A DNA stretch of 64,000 nt from contig JAXDQS010000004.1 of NCBI GenBank assembly GCA_034667725.1, positions 30,973 through 94,972 on the forward strand, in the 5' to 3' direction. The notes beneath the pieces are model-generated. The model saw only the letters and a list, made by a program, of their open reading frames with translations. It searched no databases and had not been told where the DNA came from. This stretch comes from Thermoplasmata archaeon (GTDB taxonomy: Archaea > Thermoplasmatota > E2 > JACPAO01 > JAHFTW01). This document shows, piece by piece, positions 34,519-44,481 of this stretch (its first letter is position 1; each line of letters starts with the position of its first letter). The translations under genes were made by a program, and so were the position numbers.

Positions 34519-34604
34519 GGGAGGCTCCGTCGCGGGGCTGGAGCGAAGCGGAAGCCAGGCCGCGGGACCGCCTTCTTCACGGCGCGCCCAACCCCGCCAC
34601 GGAC

Positions 34605-35141
34605 CTAAGCCCGCCGGTCCAGGAGACGGAACAGCACAAGGTCCTGCAACCCAGGGCCAAGGTTCGGCATCGCCTTGTGGCGCGGCAGCAGCCGGTCGCG
34701 CACGAAGCCGCACGCCGCCAGCACCCGCATCGAGGCGTCGTTGCCCAGCGCCACCAGCGCCACGACCGGACGCGCCGGCAGCGCGGCCAGCGCCGCCAGG
34801 ATGGCCGACACGGCCTCGCGGGCGTACCCCTGCCCCCACGCGTCGCGCGCCAGCAGGTAGCCGACCTCCCAGCCGAGCGCCGTCGAGCGCACGCCCGCGG
34901 CCCCCAGCAGGCGCCCCGCCCGGTCCTCCACCAGCCAAGGGCAGTCGGTGCCCTCCTGCCAGCCGGCCTCCGCCAGCCGGACGAACGCCGCGGCGTCGTC
35001 CAGGCTGCGGTGCGTCGGCCAGGAGAGGAACCGCGTCACCTCGGGGTCGGAGCCGTAGCGCGCGAAGATGGCGGCCGCGTCGGCGGGAAGCGGCCGGCGC
35101 AGGCGAAGACGCGGGGTCGCCAGCGCTTCCGGGACGGTCAT
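34605..35141 (-). CDS. GNAT family N-acetyltransferase (RimJ/RimL-like)
   Basis: Last 178 aa of track ORF 34605-36257; LRLRRPLPADAAAIF..., WGQGYAREA, GNDASMRVLAACGF. ATGA overlap with the upstream gene. Confidence 0.8.
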   Translation of the reverse strand: MTVPEALATPRLRLRRPLPADAAAIFARYGSDPEVTRFLSWPTHRSLDDAAAFVRLAEAGWQEGTDCPWLVEDRAGRLLGAAGVRSTALGWEVGYLLARDAWGQGYAREAVSAILAALAALPARPVVALVALGNDASMRVLAACGFVRDRLLPRHKAMPNLGPGLQDLVLFRLLDRRA

Positions 35142-36247
35142 GGCGTCGGCGGGTACTCGATCCCAGGCAGCAGCTGGCGCCTGAGGTGGTCGCGCTGCAT
35201 GTGGGTGGTCTCCCCGACGAACTGCAAGGCCCGGACGTCGCGCGCGAACCGCTCGGTGCCGCCCTCGCGCATGAAGCCGGTGCCGCCCTGGATCCGGATG
35301 GCCTGCCGCGTCATGGGCACCGCCATCTCGGCCGCGAACGCCTTGGCGCGGGCGGTCCAGACGCTGGCGTCGGGCGCGTCCATCCGGGCGGCCGCGGCCA
35401 GCACCAGCGACCGCGCCGCTGCCAGCTGGATGTCCATCTGGGTGAGGCCGTCGGAGACCGCCTGGTAGGTGCCGATGGGCGCGCCGAACTGGGTGCGGGT
35501 CTCGGCGAACCGGGCCGCCGCGGACAGCGCGCCGCCAACACAGCCGCACAGCGCCGCCGCCGCGCCGAGCTGGAACCAGAGGCGGGCCTGCGCGACCCGT
35601 TGCGTGCCCTCGCCGGGCGCCCCCAGGACCGCGTCGTCCCCCAGCCGCACCGCGGTCAGGTAGACCGTGCGGATGCCGGCGGCGCGCAGGCCCAAGAGCG
35701 GTTCGTTGGCGCTCAGGCTCACGCCCTCCGTCGCGGCCGGCACCGCGTACAGGGTCGGCCCGCCCGGCGCCTGCGCCAGCAGCAGGAACCACTTGGCGGC
35801 CGCCGCGTTCAGGGCCCAGACCTTCTGGCCCGTGACCTTGGTGCCGTGGCCATCGCCGTTCGGGACGGCGGCGGTGCCCGGCTGCAGCAGGTCGGAGCCG
35901 CCCGCCTCCTCGGTCACGAGGACGGCCGCCAGCTCGCCGCCCGCCAGCCGGGACGCGAACGGCGTGCCTTGGGCGGCGGCGACGGCGGCGTTGTGCGCGA
36001 CCAGCGACGCGGCGACGTTGGCGTCCACTTGCGCCAGCTCGTCGATGGCAAGCGCGAACGCGGTGGCGCCGGGGCCGCCGGCGTCGGCGCAGGAGCCCAG
36101 GCCGAGGCCGAGGGCTTCCTGGATGGCCTCCACGGGGAAGCGGTCGTGCCGGTCCGCCTCGGCGGCCGCGTCGAGGCCATGGCGGGCGGCGAACTCGCGC
36201 ACGGTGGCCTGGATGAGCGCCTCGTCCTCGGACAGCACGTAGGGCAC
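35138..36247 (-). CDS. Acyl-CoA dehydrogenase family protein
   Basis: 369 aa; VTEEAGGSD, FAETRTQFGAPIG.YQAV, IQGGTGFMRE. Confidence 0.8.
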   Translation of the reverse strand: MPYVLSEDEALIQATVREFAARHGLDAAAEADRHDRFPVEAIQEALGLGLGSCADAGGPGATAFALAIDELAQVDANVAASLVAHNAAVAAAQGTPFASRLAGGELAAVLVTEEAGGSDLLQPGTAAVPNGDGHGTKVTGQKVWALNAAAAKWFLLLAQAPGGPTLYAVPAATEGVSLSANEPLLGLRAAGIRTVYLTAVRLGDDAVLGAPGEGTQRVAQARLWFQLGAAAALCGCVGGALSAAARFAETRTQFGAPIGTYQAVSDGLTQMDIQLAAARSLVLAAAARMDAPDASVWTARAKAFAAEMAVPMTRQAIRIQGGTGFMREGGTERFARDVRALQFVGETTHMQRDHLRRQLLPGIEYPPTP

Positions 36248-36304
36248 GCGAGGTCATCGGCGCGCGTCAGATAGCCGTATCTGCCCGTTCCCGTTCCGTG
36301 CGGC

Positions 36305-36688
36305 ATGGACGACGCCGCGTGGAAGGCGAAGCTGACGCCGGAGCAGTACGAGGTGGCGCGGTGCAGCGCGACCGAGCGGCCGTTCTCGGGGAAGTACTGG
36401 AACCACAAGGGCGTCGGGATGTACAAGTGCGTGTGCTGCGGGACGCCGCTGTTCAAGTCGGACACCAAGTTCGACTCCGGCACCGGCTGGCCCAGCTTCT
36501 GGGCGGCCGTGGACCGCAGCAAGGTGCGTGAGGTGGAGGACCGCGAGTACGGGATGGTGCGGACGGAGGTGCGGTGCGCGACCTGCGACGCCCACCTCGG
36601 GCACTTGTTCGACGACGGCCCCGACCCGTCGGGCGAGCGCTACTGCATCAACTCCGCCAGCCTGGAGTTCGACGGCAAGGGCAAGTAG
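36305..36688 (+). CDS. msrB: Peptide-methionine (R)-S-oxide reductase MsrB
   Basis: [32 protein letters not shown]. Confidence 0.95.
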   Translation: MDDAAWKAKLTPEQYEVARCSATERPFSGKYWNHKGVGMYKCVCCGTPLFKSDTKFDSGTGWPSFWAAVDRSKVREVEDREYGMVRTEVRCATCDAHLGHLFDDGPDPSGERYCINSASLEFDGKGK

Positions 36689-36689
36689 C

Positions 36690-37091
36690 ATGGCCGCCCC
36701 CGCCGCGACCGAGGTCATCCAAGCCACCTTGGCGCCCGCCTTCCTCATCTCGGGCACCTCGGTGTTCCTCAACTTCGCCCAGAACCGCCTGTTCCGCGTC
36801 ATGGACCGCGCCCGCGACCCCGGCGCCAGCGCCGAGGCGGGCGGCCGCGCCAAGCTGCTGCACCGCGCCCGGATGCTGCGCAACGCCATCGCCATGGGCG
36901 TGCTGACCGTGGCGTTCACAGTGACGAGCGCCATCCTGGTCATGGGCGGCCAGATGTTCGGGTCGCCGGGCCTTGTGGACTCGGCGCCCTACACTTTTGC
37001 GCTGGCGCTGCTGTCGTTCTTCACGGCGCTGCTGTTCGTGTTCGCGGACACGGTGGCGTCGGTGCGCAGCGTCGAGCGGCCACCCGGTTGA
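36690..37091 (+). CDS. DUF2721-like membrane protein
   Basis: From Met55 of track ORF 36528-37091; LAPAFLISGTSVFLNFAQNRLFRVMDRAR pattern plus two more TM segments. Confidence 0.55.
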   Translation: MAAPAATEVIQATLAPAFLISGTSVFLNFAQNRLFRVMDRARDPGASAEAGGRAKLLHRARMLRNAIAMGVLTVAFTVTSAILVMGGQMFGSPGLVDSAPYTFALALLSFFTALLFVFADTVASVRSVERPPG

Positions 37092-37130
37092 AGGACCGCG
37101 TTTTGCCACGCTCCAGCAACCTTAAGCAGA

Positions 37131-37520
37131 ATGGATACCATAGGGTATCTGATGGCATGGGACGAGGGGTCGCCCATCGAACCAATCCCCGAGGACTGGG
37201 AGTATCAGGTGGCGATCCGCCTCCTGGACCAGGACCCTCCCTTTGACCGGGAGCTCGTGGAGGCCCTCGTGGGCGGCCGCAAGCGCAACGCCGAGCTCAA
37301 GGTCCTGCTCCAGGGCCGCAACGTCAACGTCCTGACCAAGGCCTTGAAGCGGCTGCGCGAGGAGGGCGTCATCCAGTCGGGCCTCACCCAAGACCTCCGG
37401 GAACGGACGTACGCCCTCACGAAACTGGGGGCGCTGGTGGTGTTCCGCCTGCATGAGATGATCCCCTACCACCGCAGCGAAGCCGCCGTCAAGCGCGGCC
37501 GCTCGGCGGCTTCGGCATGA
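37131..37520 (+). CDS. Winged-helix DNA-binding protein (HxlR/MarR-like), tentative
   Basis: 129 aa; ELKVLLQGRNVNVLTKALKRLREEGVIQSG...RTYALTKLG. The start codon lies within the palindrome GATACCATAGGGTATC. Confidence 0.45.
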   Translation: MDTIGYLMAWDEGSPIEPIPEDWEYQVAIRLLDQDPPFDRELVEALVGGRKRNAELKVLLQGRNVNVLTKALKRLREEGVIQSGLTQDLRERTYALTKLGALVVFRLHEMIPYHRSEAAVKRGRSAASA

Positions 37521-37972
37521 CGTGGTGGCACAGCCACCCAAACGCCGCCGAGATCGTGCGCAAGCATTGGCGCCAGGCCGAGCTTTGCATCGTGGCCCTG
37601 CAGGAGCCGTGCATCGCCATCGGCAACGACGAACTGCGGAACATCGAGCGCGTCATCCGCGTCGCTGGGGTGGACGACCTTCGGCGCTGGACGCCCCGCA
37701 AATCCTGGTTCGTGGCGGTCATGCTGTGCCCCGGCGACCAGACGGAGGCCTTGGGGGCGACGGTCCTTGAGCTTGGCCTCGATCCGCGCCGGTTCCACTT
37801 CTACCTGCACGCCGCGACGCCGGTCTCGAGCTTGGCCGGCTGGGCCGCCCTGGGCCTTCCGCTCGATGCGGTCGACCAGGACGTCTCGGACTGGAAGGAA
37901 TTGCACAAGCTCCTGGGCGTCCACTTCAACATCCAGATCGTCGACGACGCGACGAGTCCTGCCAAGCCGTGA
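37517..37972 (+). CDS. Hypothetical protein, translationally coupled to the wHTH gene
   Basis: 151 aa, no recognisable motif; ATGA overlap at 37517. Confidence 0.4.
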   Translation: MTWWHSHPNAAEIVRKHWRQAELCIVALQEPCIAIGNDELRNIERVIRVAGVDDLRRWTPRKSWFVAVMLCPGDQTEALGATVLELGLDPRRFHFYLHAATPVSSLAGWAALGLPLDAVDQDVSDWKELHKLLGVHFNIQIVDDATSPAKP

Positions 37973-37984
37973 ACGTCGGCGCCG

Positions 37985-39748
37985 TCAGGCGAGGAAGACC
38001 TGCACCTTGACCTGGTTCCGGCCCGCGCCCGCCGTCCACGCCAGCGTGACCTGGCGGCTGCCGCGCGGCGGCACCTCGATGCGCTCCTCGGCCACCGTCT
38101 TGGTGTCGAGCTGGAGCACGACGCGCAGCTGCGCCGGCACCGAGCCGTCGTTGTGGATGGTCGCGGTGGTGGCCACCTGGGATCCGGGCCGGGGGCTGGG
38201 CGGGCTGTGGCGGACGTCGGCGAGCTGGATGTCGCGGGCGCTTGCGTAGACCGCCGACTTCGCGGTGGGCTGGGCCTTGACCTCGACCTTGGCGCGGCCG
38301 CGGTGGCTCGACATCGGCGTGCCGTCCTCGCCCAGCGGGACGACGTTGAACTCGACGGTCTGGCGGTCCTTCTCGGTGGCGTCCGCGGGGACCTGGATGC
38401 GCAGCGTGCCTTCCATCGGGCCGTCGTCGGCCGGCATGGCAAGGTCCACCGACTCCTCGAGGCCGCGGCGGCTGCCGCCCATCGAGAGTGCCGCCAGGAA
38501 GCCGGCGCCGTCCGCGTGCAGCACGCCGCGGGCGCTTGCGACCTTGCGCTTGCGGGGCGACACCTCGACCCGGAACTCGGCGGAGCCGCCGGGCGTCACG
38601 ACGGCGCGCTTCGGGCTCACGGTCACGGCGACGTAGGGCGTGCGCACCAGGAACAGCGCGAGGAACACGACGGCGACGGCCAGCAGCAGGAAGAACAGCA
38701 GCAGCGCGAGCTCTGCGTACTCGCCCAAGGCGTCGTCGAGGTGGACCGCCTCCGCGAGCGGCGTCAGGAACGCGAGGGCCGGGGGGACCGGCGTGCGCTG
38801 CTTGGCCGGGGGCGGCGGGACGGCGGTGAGCTCGATGGACAAGTCCACTTGGCTGGTGCCGCCGCGGGCGGAGGTCGCGACCACGGGGATGGTGAGGTCG
38901 CGCGGGGCGGGCCCCGTCAGCTGCACGGTCACAGTCACGGGCGCGACCTGGCCCGCCGTCAAGGCGATGGATTGCGGATTGACGCGCAGGTCGGACACGC
39001 CGGCCGGCTTGGGCGGCAGCGCGATCGCGACCACGTCGGGGTCGGTGCCGACGTTGGACACCAGCAGGTCGAAGGTGAGGGTGGCGTTGGCGCTCGCCGT
39101 CGTCGCCGACGCGCCCGTGATGCCGGTCGTGCCGGCGGCGTCGCGCAGCGTGCCGCCTTGGGCCAGCAGCCGCACGCCGGCCTGGATGGGCGGGCGCGGC
39201 ACCGTGAACGACGCGGCGCCGGCGTCGGGCGCGCGGTCGAGGGCGCTGGAGTCGTCCTGCGTGACCGGGTCGGGGGCGCTGCCCTCCGACGTGTCCGCTG
39301 CGGTGAGGGTCACGTTGCCGAGCTGGTCGCCGCCGACCGCGTCGATCGACGCCATCGGGACCAGCAGGTGCAGCAGGTTGCCGTCGAGCGTGAGGTTGAC
39401 GCCGGGCGCGCCGGTGACGCCGCTGGTGGCGATGGTCAGGGTGAAGGGCGTGCCGCGGGCGGTGCTGTTGGCGTAGCTGGTCGCGCCGCGGTCCACGGTG
39501 AAGCGCAACGTCAGCCGTTCGGTGGCGGTGACCGGGGCGCTGGTGGTGATGGCGAGGTCGAGCACGCTGCCGGCGAGGTCCGCGGTGACGGCGGTGAGGT
39601 CCACCTGATCGAACGGGATGTCGTCCGCGAGCGGGCCGGCGGTGACCACCTGGTCGCCGGACGGGTCCGACAGCACGGCCACCGGGGCTGCGCTGGCCAC
39701 GCTCGCGAACGCGACGGCGACCAGCGACAGGAGGGGGAGGAGACGCAT
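37985..39748 (-). CDS. Surface/transmembrane protein with central TM helix and C-terminal CARDB-like domain
   Basis: From Met22 of track ORF 37985-39811. Signal peptide MRLLPLLSLVAVAFASVASA, TM ELALLLFFLLLAVAVVFLALFLV, C-terminal ATIHNDGSVPAQLRVVLQLD. Confidence 0.55.
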   Translation of the reverse strand: MRLLPLLSLVAVAFASVASAAPVAVLSDPSGDQVVTAGPLADDIPFDQVDLTAVTADLAGSVLDLAITTSAPVTATERLTLRFTVDRGATSYANSTARGTPFTLTIATSGVTGAPGVNLTLDGNLLHLLVPMASIDAVGGDQLGNVTLTAADTSEGSAPDPVTQDDSSALDRAPDAGAASFTVPRPPIQAGVRLLAQGGTLRDAAGTTGITGASATTASANATLTFDLLVSNVGTDPDVVAIALPPKPAGVSDLRVNPQSIALTAGQVAPVTVTVQLTGPAPRDLTIPVVATSARGGTSQVDLSIELTAVPPPPAKQRTPVPPALAFLTPLAEAVHLDDALGEYAELALLLFFLLLAVAVVFLALFLVRTPYVAVTVSPKRAVVTPGGSAEFRVEVSPRKRKVASARGVLHADGAGFLAALSMGGSRRGLEESVDLAMPADDGPMEGTLRIQVPADATEKDRQTVEFNVVPLGEDGTPMSSHRGRAKVEVKAQPTAKSAVYASARDIQLADVRHSPPSPRPGSQVATTATIHNDGSVPAQLRVVLQLDTKTVAEERIEVPPRGSRQVTLAWTAGAGRNQVKVQVFLA

Positions 39749-39775
39749 CCCAGGTGCCCGGAGGGAGGCCCAAGA

Positions 39776-39783
39776 TATAAAAA
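39776..39783. promoter_or_regulatory. Shared AT-rich TATA element (TATAAAAA) between divergent genes
   Basis: The only AT-rich octamer in the 39749-39813 spacer; about 32 nt from minus-strand ATG 39748 and about 34 nt from plus-strand ATG 39814. Confidence 0.4.
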
Positions 39784-39813
39784 CATGAAAAGGGGGTGCA
39801 CACCCTGACACCC

Positions 39814-40092
39814 ATGGTCGACGCCGAGCTCACCAAGCGCCTTGTCCGCATCCTCAACGAGCTCGAGGAGCGCTTCGCCCAGGGCACCATCAGCCTGCGC
39901 GAGATGACCGCCATCGTGGAGAAGGAGAAGATCGCCCACCTCGACGGCTACCTCCGCCGCGCCGGCGCCCTCGACTACCAGTCCCCGAAGCGGTTCTTCC
40001 AGGCGGGCCCCGACCTGAAGTCGGTGCGCGAGGCCCTCAAGAAGGGCAAGGTCCCCCGCGGCCTCGAAGGCCTGCTGGGCGCCGCGTCCTAG
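39814..40092 (+). CDS. Small hypothetical helical protein
   Basis: MVDAELTKRLVRILNELEERFAQG...; the track ORF begins at GTG 39796. Confidence 0.35.
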   Translation: MVDAELTKRLVRILNELEERFAQGTISLREMTAIVEKEKIAHLDGYLRRAGALDYQSPKRFFQAGPDLKSVREALKKGKVPRGLEGLLGAAS

Positions 40093-40511
40093 GCGGCCGG
40101 CCAACGGTAAGGCATCTCGGGCCCTTCGGTCCAGCCGAACCGGCCGTACCAGAGCGGGTCCTTGCGGAGCAGGTTGCTCCGGTGCGACGCATGGAACGCC
40201 GGGTCGCCGAGCCACGCCGGCCTGTCGCGCGCCGCCGCCGGGTCCAGCAGCGCCTCGAACAACGGCAGCCGCGTGTCCAGGTAGCCGCGCCGAATCCACT
40301 CCTTGCACACGGCGATGCCGTACTCGGCCAAGGCGTTCTCGTGGCCGCGCCACATCCGCAGCGCCGGATGGTTTCGCCAGCCTTTCGGCTCGTGGACGCC
40401 GCGCAGGATGCGCAGCAGGTGGAGCGCCTCCAGCCGCTGCTTGCCGAGCCGCTGCCGGTCCAGGACCTGGGCGCTTTGGCGGAAGTCCGGGTAAGGCAGG
40501 AAGGTCTGCAC
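40089..40511 (-). CDS. Pyrimidine-dimer DNA glycosylase (T4 endoV / Pyr_excise)-like protein
   Basis: (V)QTFLPYPDFRQSAQVLDRQRLGKQRLEALHLLRIL...WRNHPALRMWRGHENAL. GTG start at residue 14 of the track ORF. Confidence 0.6.
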   Translation of the reverse strand: MQTFLPYPDFRQSAQVLDRQRLGKQRLEALHLLRILRGVHEPKGWRNHPALRMWRGHENALAEYGIAVCKEWIRRGYLDTRLPLFEALLDPAAARDRPAWLGDPAFHASHRSNLLRKDPLWYGRFGWTEGPEMPYRWPAA

Positions 40512-40524
40512 GGCCCGCGCCCGC

Positions 40525-40986
40525 CTACTTCTGCGGGTCGCGGCTGGCACGGATGATGTCGGCCACCCGGCGGGCGCGCTCCATCTTCTCCTTCTCCTCG
40601 TCGGTCTCCGCCACGACGCCAGGCACCGGGATGGGCTTGTTGTTGCGGTCGAGCGCGACGAACGTCATGTAGCAGCTCGCGGTGTGGCGCACCTCCCCCG
40701 TGGTGGGGCTCTCGGCCTCGACCCGGATGCCCACAAGCATGCTGGTGCGGCCGACGTGGCGGACGGTGGCCTTGATGACCAGGATGTCCCCGATGTAGAC
40801 CGGCTCGCGGAAGTCCATGCGCTCCAGCGACACCGTGACGACCTTGGGCACGCGGGCATGGCGCCAGGCGGCGACCGCGGCCGCCTCATCGATGTACTTC
40901 AGGATGGCGCCGCCATGCACGTTGCCGTAGACGTTGGCCTCGTCCGGCGTCATCAGCTTCGACATGGTGGTGGCGGACTGGCGCAT
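40525..40986 (-). CDS. Acyl-CoA thioesterase (hotdog fold, YciA/Acot type)
   Basis: TPDEANVYGNVHGGAILKYIDEAA, FREPVYIGDIL. Alternative ATG at 41019. Confidence 0.85.
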   Translation of the reverse strand: MRQSATTMSKLMTPDEANVYGNVHGGAILKYIDEAAAVAAWRHARVPKVVTVSLERMDFREPVYIGDILVIKATVRHVGRTSMLVGIRVEAESPTTGEVRHTASCYMTFVALDRNNKPIPVPGVVAETDEEKEKMERARRVADIIRASRDPQK

Positions 40987-41248
40987 CGGCACCGGCGGGA
41001 TGCCAGACGGCTTGGGCATGCCTGCGCGCATCAAGTCAAGGGATTTCAGGGCGAAGGTCCGCGGGCCGGTCCCCTTGCCGGCGGCAAGCCCCGCGGAACA
41101 CGCCGGTTTCCCCGATGGAGCGGGCCCGCGGCGAGGTGGGCGCCAAGCTTGTCCACGGACAACGCACGGATTGTTTCCGTCCTGCTGCAGTCGTTTCCAG
41201 CTTTCTCCAGCAACGGTCAAGTAGCGACTTCCGGCCAAGACGCCCTGC

Positions 41249-42037
41249 ATGGCAGCCCCGCAAACCCAAAGAACCGTGCGCAGCCGCGCCCCATGGCTCG
41301 CCGGCCTCGGCCTAGCAGGCGTGGTGCAGTTCGTCGTCGCCCTCGTCATGCTGCACATGGCGAACTTCCCCCGCCAGCCGTGGCACATGAGCCAGTTCGC
41401 CAACATGCAGCTCAACTGGATGTGGGTCATGGGCCTGTTCGGCTTCATCGTCGGCGCCGCCGCCATCACCGTCGCCATCGTCCCCTACCTGTCCGGCTCG
41501 CGCGCCTCCCGCATCGGGCTCTGCCTCCTCGGCCTGGCCGCCGTCGGCGGCGTCATGCTGGCCGTGTTCCCCACCGACCCGACGCCGCACCGCCACACCC
41601 TCGTCGGGACCATCCACAACGAGGTCGCGCCGCCCACGTTCGCGAGCCTCAGCCTGGCCATCGTGATGATGGGCCCCGCGTTCCGCTCCAACCCCGCCTG
41701 GCGCCCGCTCGGCGCCGTCAGCATCGTGCTCGGAGGCCTCGCCGGCCTCGCCGCCCTCGGCTACGTCTGGGCCGACATGAACGAGCAGCCGGTCGTCGCC
41801 GTGCTGCAGCGCATCATGGTGGGCCTGGTGATCGCCTGGTTCATGCTGCTCGGCCTGCGCCTGCTGGCGGTCCGCCGCATGGAGCGCCGCGAGGCCGAGG
41901 AGCGCGAGCTGCGCGCCGCCCAGGCGCGGCTGGCCCGCCGCCGGGCCCGCGAAGCGGCCCGGGCGGCCAAGCGCGCGTCGGCTTCGCTGTCGCGCCCACA
42001 AGCCTTAACCGCCTCCGTTCCGCAGTCCCGGACATGA
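41249..42037 (+). CDS. DUF998-like membrane protein with basic coiled C-terminal tail
   Basis: Six hydrophobic helices, VFPTDP motif shared with 42603-43277. Confidence 0.55.
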   Translation: MAAPQTQRTVRSRAPWLAGLGLAGVVQFVVALVMLHMANFPRQPWHMSQFANMQLNWMWVMGLFGFIVGAAAITVAIVPYLSGSRASRIGLCLLGLAAVGGVMLAVFPTDPTPHRHTLVGTIHNEVAPPTFASLSLAIVMMGPAFRSNPAWRPLGAVSIVLGGLAGLAALGYVWADMNEQPVVAVLQRIMVGLVIAWFMLLGLRLLAVRRMERREAEERELRAAQARLARRRAREAARAAKRASASLSRPQALTASVPQSRT

Positions 42038-42561
42038 AGGCCGCGGCCACTTTGGCGCTGCTGTTGTTGGCGGGCTGCGCCTCGGCGCCGGCCTCCGACG
42101 AGGCCCCTCCGCTCTACACCTTCGCGCGCCGCGTCGGCGACGACGGGCGCGACCCGGTCCCGTGCGAGGCGTTCGGCGGCCACACCGTGCTGGTCGGCGT
42201 CGGCACCACCCTGGCGGCCCAACCCCACCGCGGCGTCGCCCCCTTCGACGCGGTGGCGCAACTGGTGGTGCCGGCCAACACCTCGGCGCTGGTGCTCGAC
42301 CTCTGGTGGGACCAGGGCGCCGCCGCCGGCCTGCGCTCGCACGTGCAGGGCCCGGGCACCGACCTCATGAGCGACGTGCAGGCGGCCGCGACCGAGGAGG
42401 CCCCGCTGCGGCTGCGCATCGACAGCCCCGCCCCCGGCCCCTGGACCTGGCGCGCCCTGGCCGACCCGGCCGCCGTCGGCGTCGTCGTCCACTTCCAGGA
42501 GGGGCTGTACCGCCTCACTCCTGAGCAGAGCGGGTTCGGCTGCAACAAGGCCGGCGCCTGA
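42034..42561 (+). CDS. Hypothetical lipoprotein
   Basis: Last 175 aa of track ORF 40684-42561; lipobox LLLAGC; ATGA overlap with the upstream gene. Confidence 0.5.
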   Translation: MKAAATLALLLLAGCASAPASDEAPPLYTFARRVGDDGRDPVPCEAFGGHTVLVGVGTTLAAQPHRGVAPFDAVAQLVVPANTSALVLDLWWDQGAAAGLRSHVQGPGTDLMSDVQAAATEEAPLRLRIDSPAPGPWTWRALADPAAVGVVVHFQEGLYRLTPEQSGFGCNKAGA

Positions 42562-42602
42562 AGTCGCAAAGCCTACAAGCCCGCGCCCCCCATCGGAAGC
42601 CC

Positions 42603-43277
42603 GTGGCTCCCCAGGCCCTGCCCCGCGGCGACCGAGCCGTCCGCTTCGCCCTGGCAGGCTTGCTGCTGTTCCTCGCCGCCCAGGCCGTGCTGCACTTTGC
42701 CTTCTGGGGCGACAACCCGCGGCACATCAGCAGCTACGTCTATTGGGGCCCCTGGGCCGAGGCGCTGTGGAACGTCGGCGTCTTCGGCCTGTCCGGCGGA
42801 TTGCTGGCGCTCGCCGTCGCCGTCCGCCTCCGCCTCCCCGCCAGCCAGAACGGCAACCTGGCCGTCGTGTACCTCGCCGGCGCCGCCATCACGGTCGCCG
42901 CCCTCGCGGTGTTCCCCACCGACAAGACCCACCTGCCCTCGACGCCGTCCGGCTACCTGCACGACGCCGCCGCCCTCACCTCGGTCGTGTGCCTGTGCGC
43001 CGCGATGCTGCTCCTGGTCGAGTGCGGCCGCGTGGACAGCCGCTGGCAGGCCATCGCCGGCAGCTCCACCACCATCCCGATCGTCGCCACCGTGTTCAGC
43101 TTCGGCTGGGCCATCATGGACGTGACGCCGTTCGAGCAGACCTCCGAGTTCCTGCAGCGCGTCCTTGCCGCCTACCTCATCGGCTGGTTCGTGCTGGTGG
43201 CGTGGCGGCTGCGCGCCCAGCACCTGCCCGCCGAGGACGCGCCCGCCGCCGACGCCGTCAACCAGCCCGCGCGCTGA
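42603..43277 (+). CDS. DUF998-like membrane protein (paralogue)
   Basis: Similar helix pattern and VFPTDK motif; GTG start. Confidence 0.5.
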   Translation: MAPQALPRGDRAVRFALAGLLLFLAAQAVLHFAFWGDNPRHISSYVYWGPWAEALWNVGVFGLSGGLLALAVAVRLRLPASQNGNLAVVYLAGAAITVAALAVFPTDKTHLPSTPSGYLHDAAALTSVVCLCAAMLLLVECGRVDSRWQAIAGSSTTIPIVATVFSFGWAIMDVTPFEQTSEFLQRVLAAYLIGWFVLVAWRLRAQHLPAEDAPAADAVNQPAR

Positions 43278-44382
43278 CCGTGCGCACCTTGGCCAGCACC
43301 GCCCACCCCGCGCCGGCGCACAGCACGCCCACCGCCGCCACCGCCCACATCGGATGCCCCTGCGCGGCCGCCCAGCCCGCCACCGGCCCCGCGGCACCCG
43401 TGCCCGCGTAAGCCAGCACCGCCTGCAGCCCATGGCCCCGCCCGCCGCTGCGGCCCGCCTGCCGGCTCACCTGGCTCGGCAGCGCCGCCGACAAGGTCGC
43501 GTGCGCCGCGAAGAACAGCAGCCCGCCGCCGGCCACCGCCCACGCGGCGTCGAAGCCCACGAAGGCCGCCGCCCCGACCGCCAGCAGGCCCAGCGCCGCC
43601 GCCGTGGCGGCGGGCGCCTGGCCGCTGCGGTCGATGGCGCGGCTGGCCCCCGCCATGAGCACGAACGCGCCCACCAGGACGGCGGCGAGCGCGCCGTGGC
43701 CGAGCGGCACGCCGGCCAGGAAGAACACCACCGTCGTGAGCGCGAAGTTGGTGGCGAGCCCAGCGGCCCCGAGCGCCAGCACCGGCGCCGACAGCGCGCC
43801 GCTGGCCGGCGGCAGCGGGCGCGGCGGGGGCCAGCGCAGCAGCACCACTGGCAGCAAGGCCGCGACGCCGAGGGCCGCGGTGGCGACGAACAGGCCCGGG
43901 ATGCCCCAGACGGGCTCGAGCTGCGAGCCGACCACGAGGCCGAGCAGGAAGCCGACGCCCGCGGGGACGCCGACAATGGCCATCGCCGTCGTGCGGCGCT
44001 CCTCCGGCACGGTCTCGCCGACGGCGGCCAACGCGGCGCTTGCGACCCCGCCGAGCCCTTGCAACAGCCGCGCGGCGATCAGGCTCCCGATGTCCTGCGC
44101 GGCGGCGGCCCATAGCGAGCCCGCGATGAACAGCAGGCTGCCGAGCACGAGCACCGGCTTGCGGCCGACGCGGTCGGACAAGATGCCCATGGGCAGTTGC
44201 GCGAGGGCGAGGGTGATGCCGTAAGCCGAGAGGGCGGTGCCCACCAGGACGGGGTCGGGCGTGAACTGGCCCGCATGGCGCGTGAACCCCGACAAGACCA
44301 GCGAGAAGCCGAAGACCCGCGTGAACACGATGCCGGCCGCCCCGCCCACGAGGCCCAGCTCGCCCCGCGTGAACCCCGGCAT
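43258..44382 (-). CDS. MFS transporter
   Basis: 12 predicted TM helices; GILSDRVGRKPVL loop 2-3 motif. Confidence 0.85.
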   Translation of the reverse strand: MPGFTRGELGLVGGAAGIVFTRVFGFSLVLSGFTRHAGQFTPDPVLVGTALSAYGITLALAQLPMGILSDRVGRKPVLVLGSLLFIAGSLWAAAAQDIGSLIAARLLQGLGGVASAALAAVGETVPEERRTTAMAIVGVPAGVGFLLGLVVGSQLEPVWGIPGLFVATAALGVAALLPVVLLRWPPPRPLPPASGALSAPVLALGAAGLATNFALTTVVFFLAGVPLGHGALAAVLVGAFVLMAGASRAIDRSGQAPAATAAALGLLAVGAAAFVGFDAAWAVAGGGLLFFAAHATLSAALPSQVSRQAGRSGGRGHGLQAVLAYAGTGAAGPVAGWAAAQGHPMWAVAAVGVLCAGAGWAVLAKVRTVSARAG

Positions 44383-44481
44383 CGCGGCGGCGAGGCGGGG
44401 ACGGGGACTTGGAGGTTGCCTGCCCGCCAGCCGTCGTCAAAACCCAGAACTACCGCGGCCTCCGTCAGGGCCTTGGTCCAA

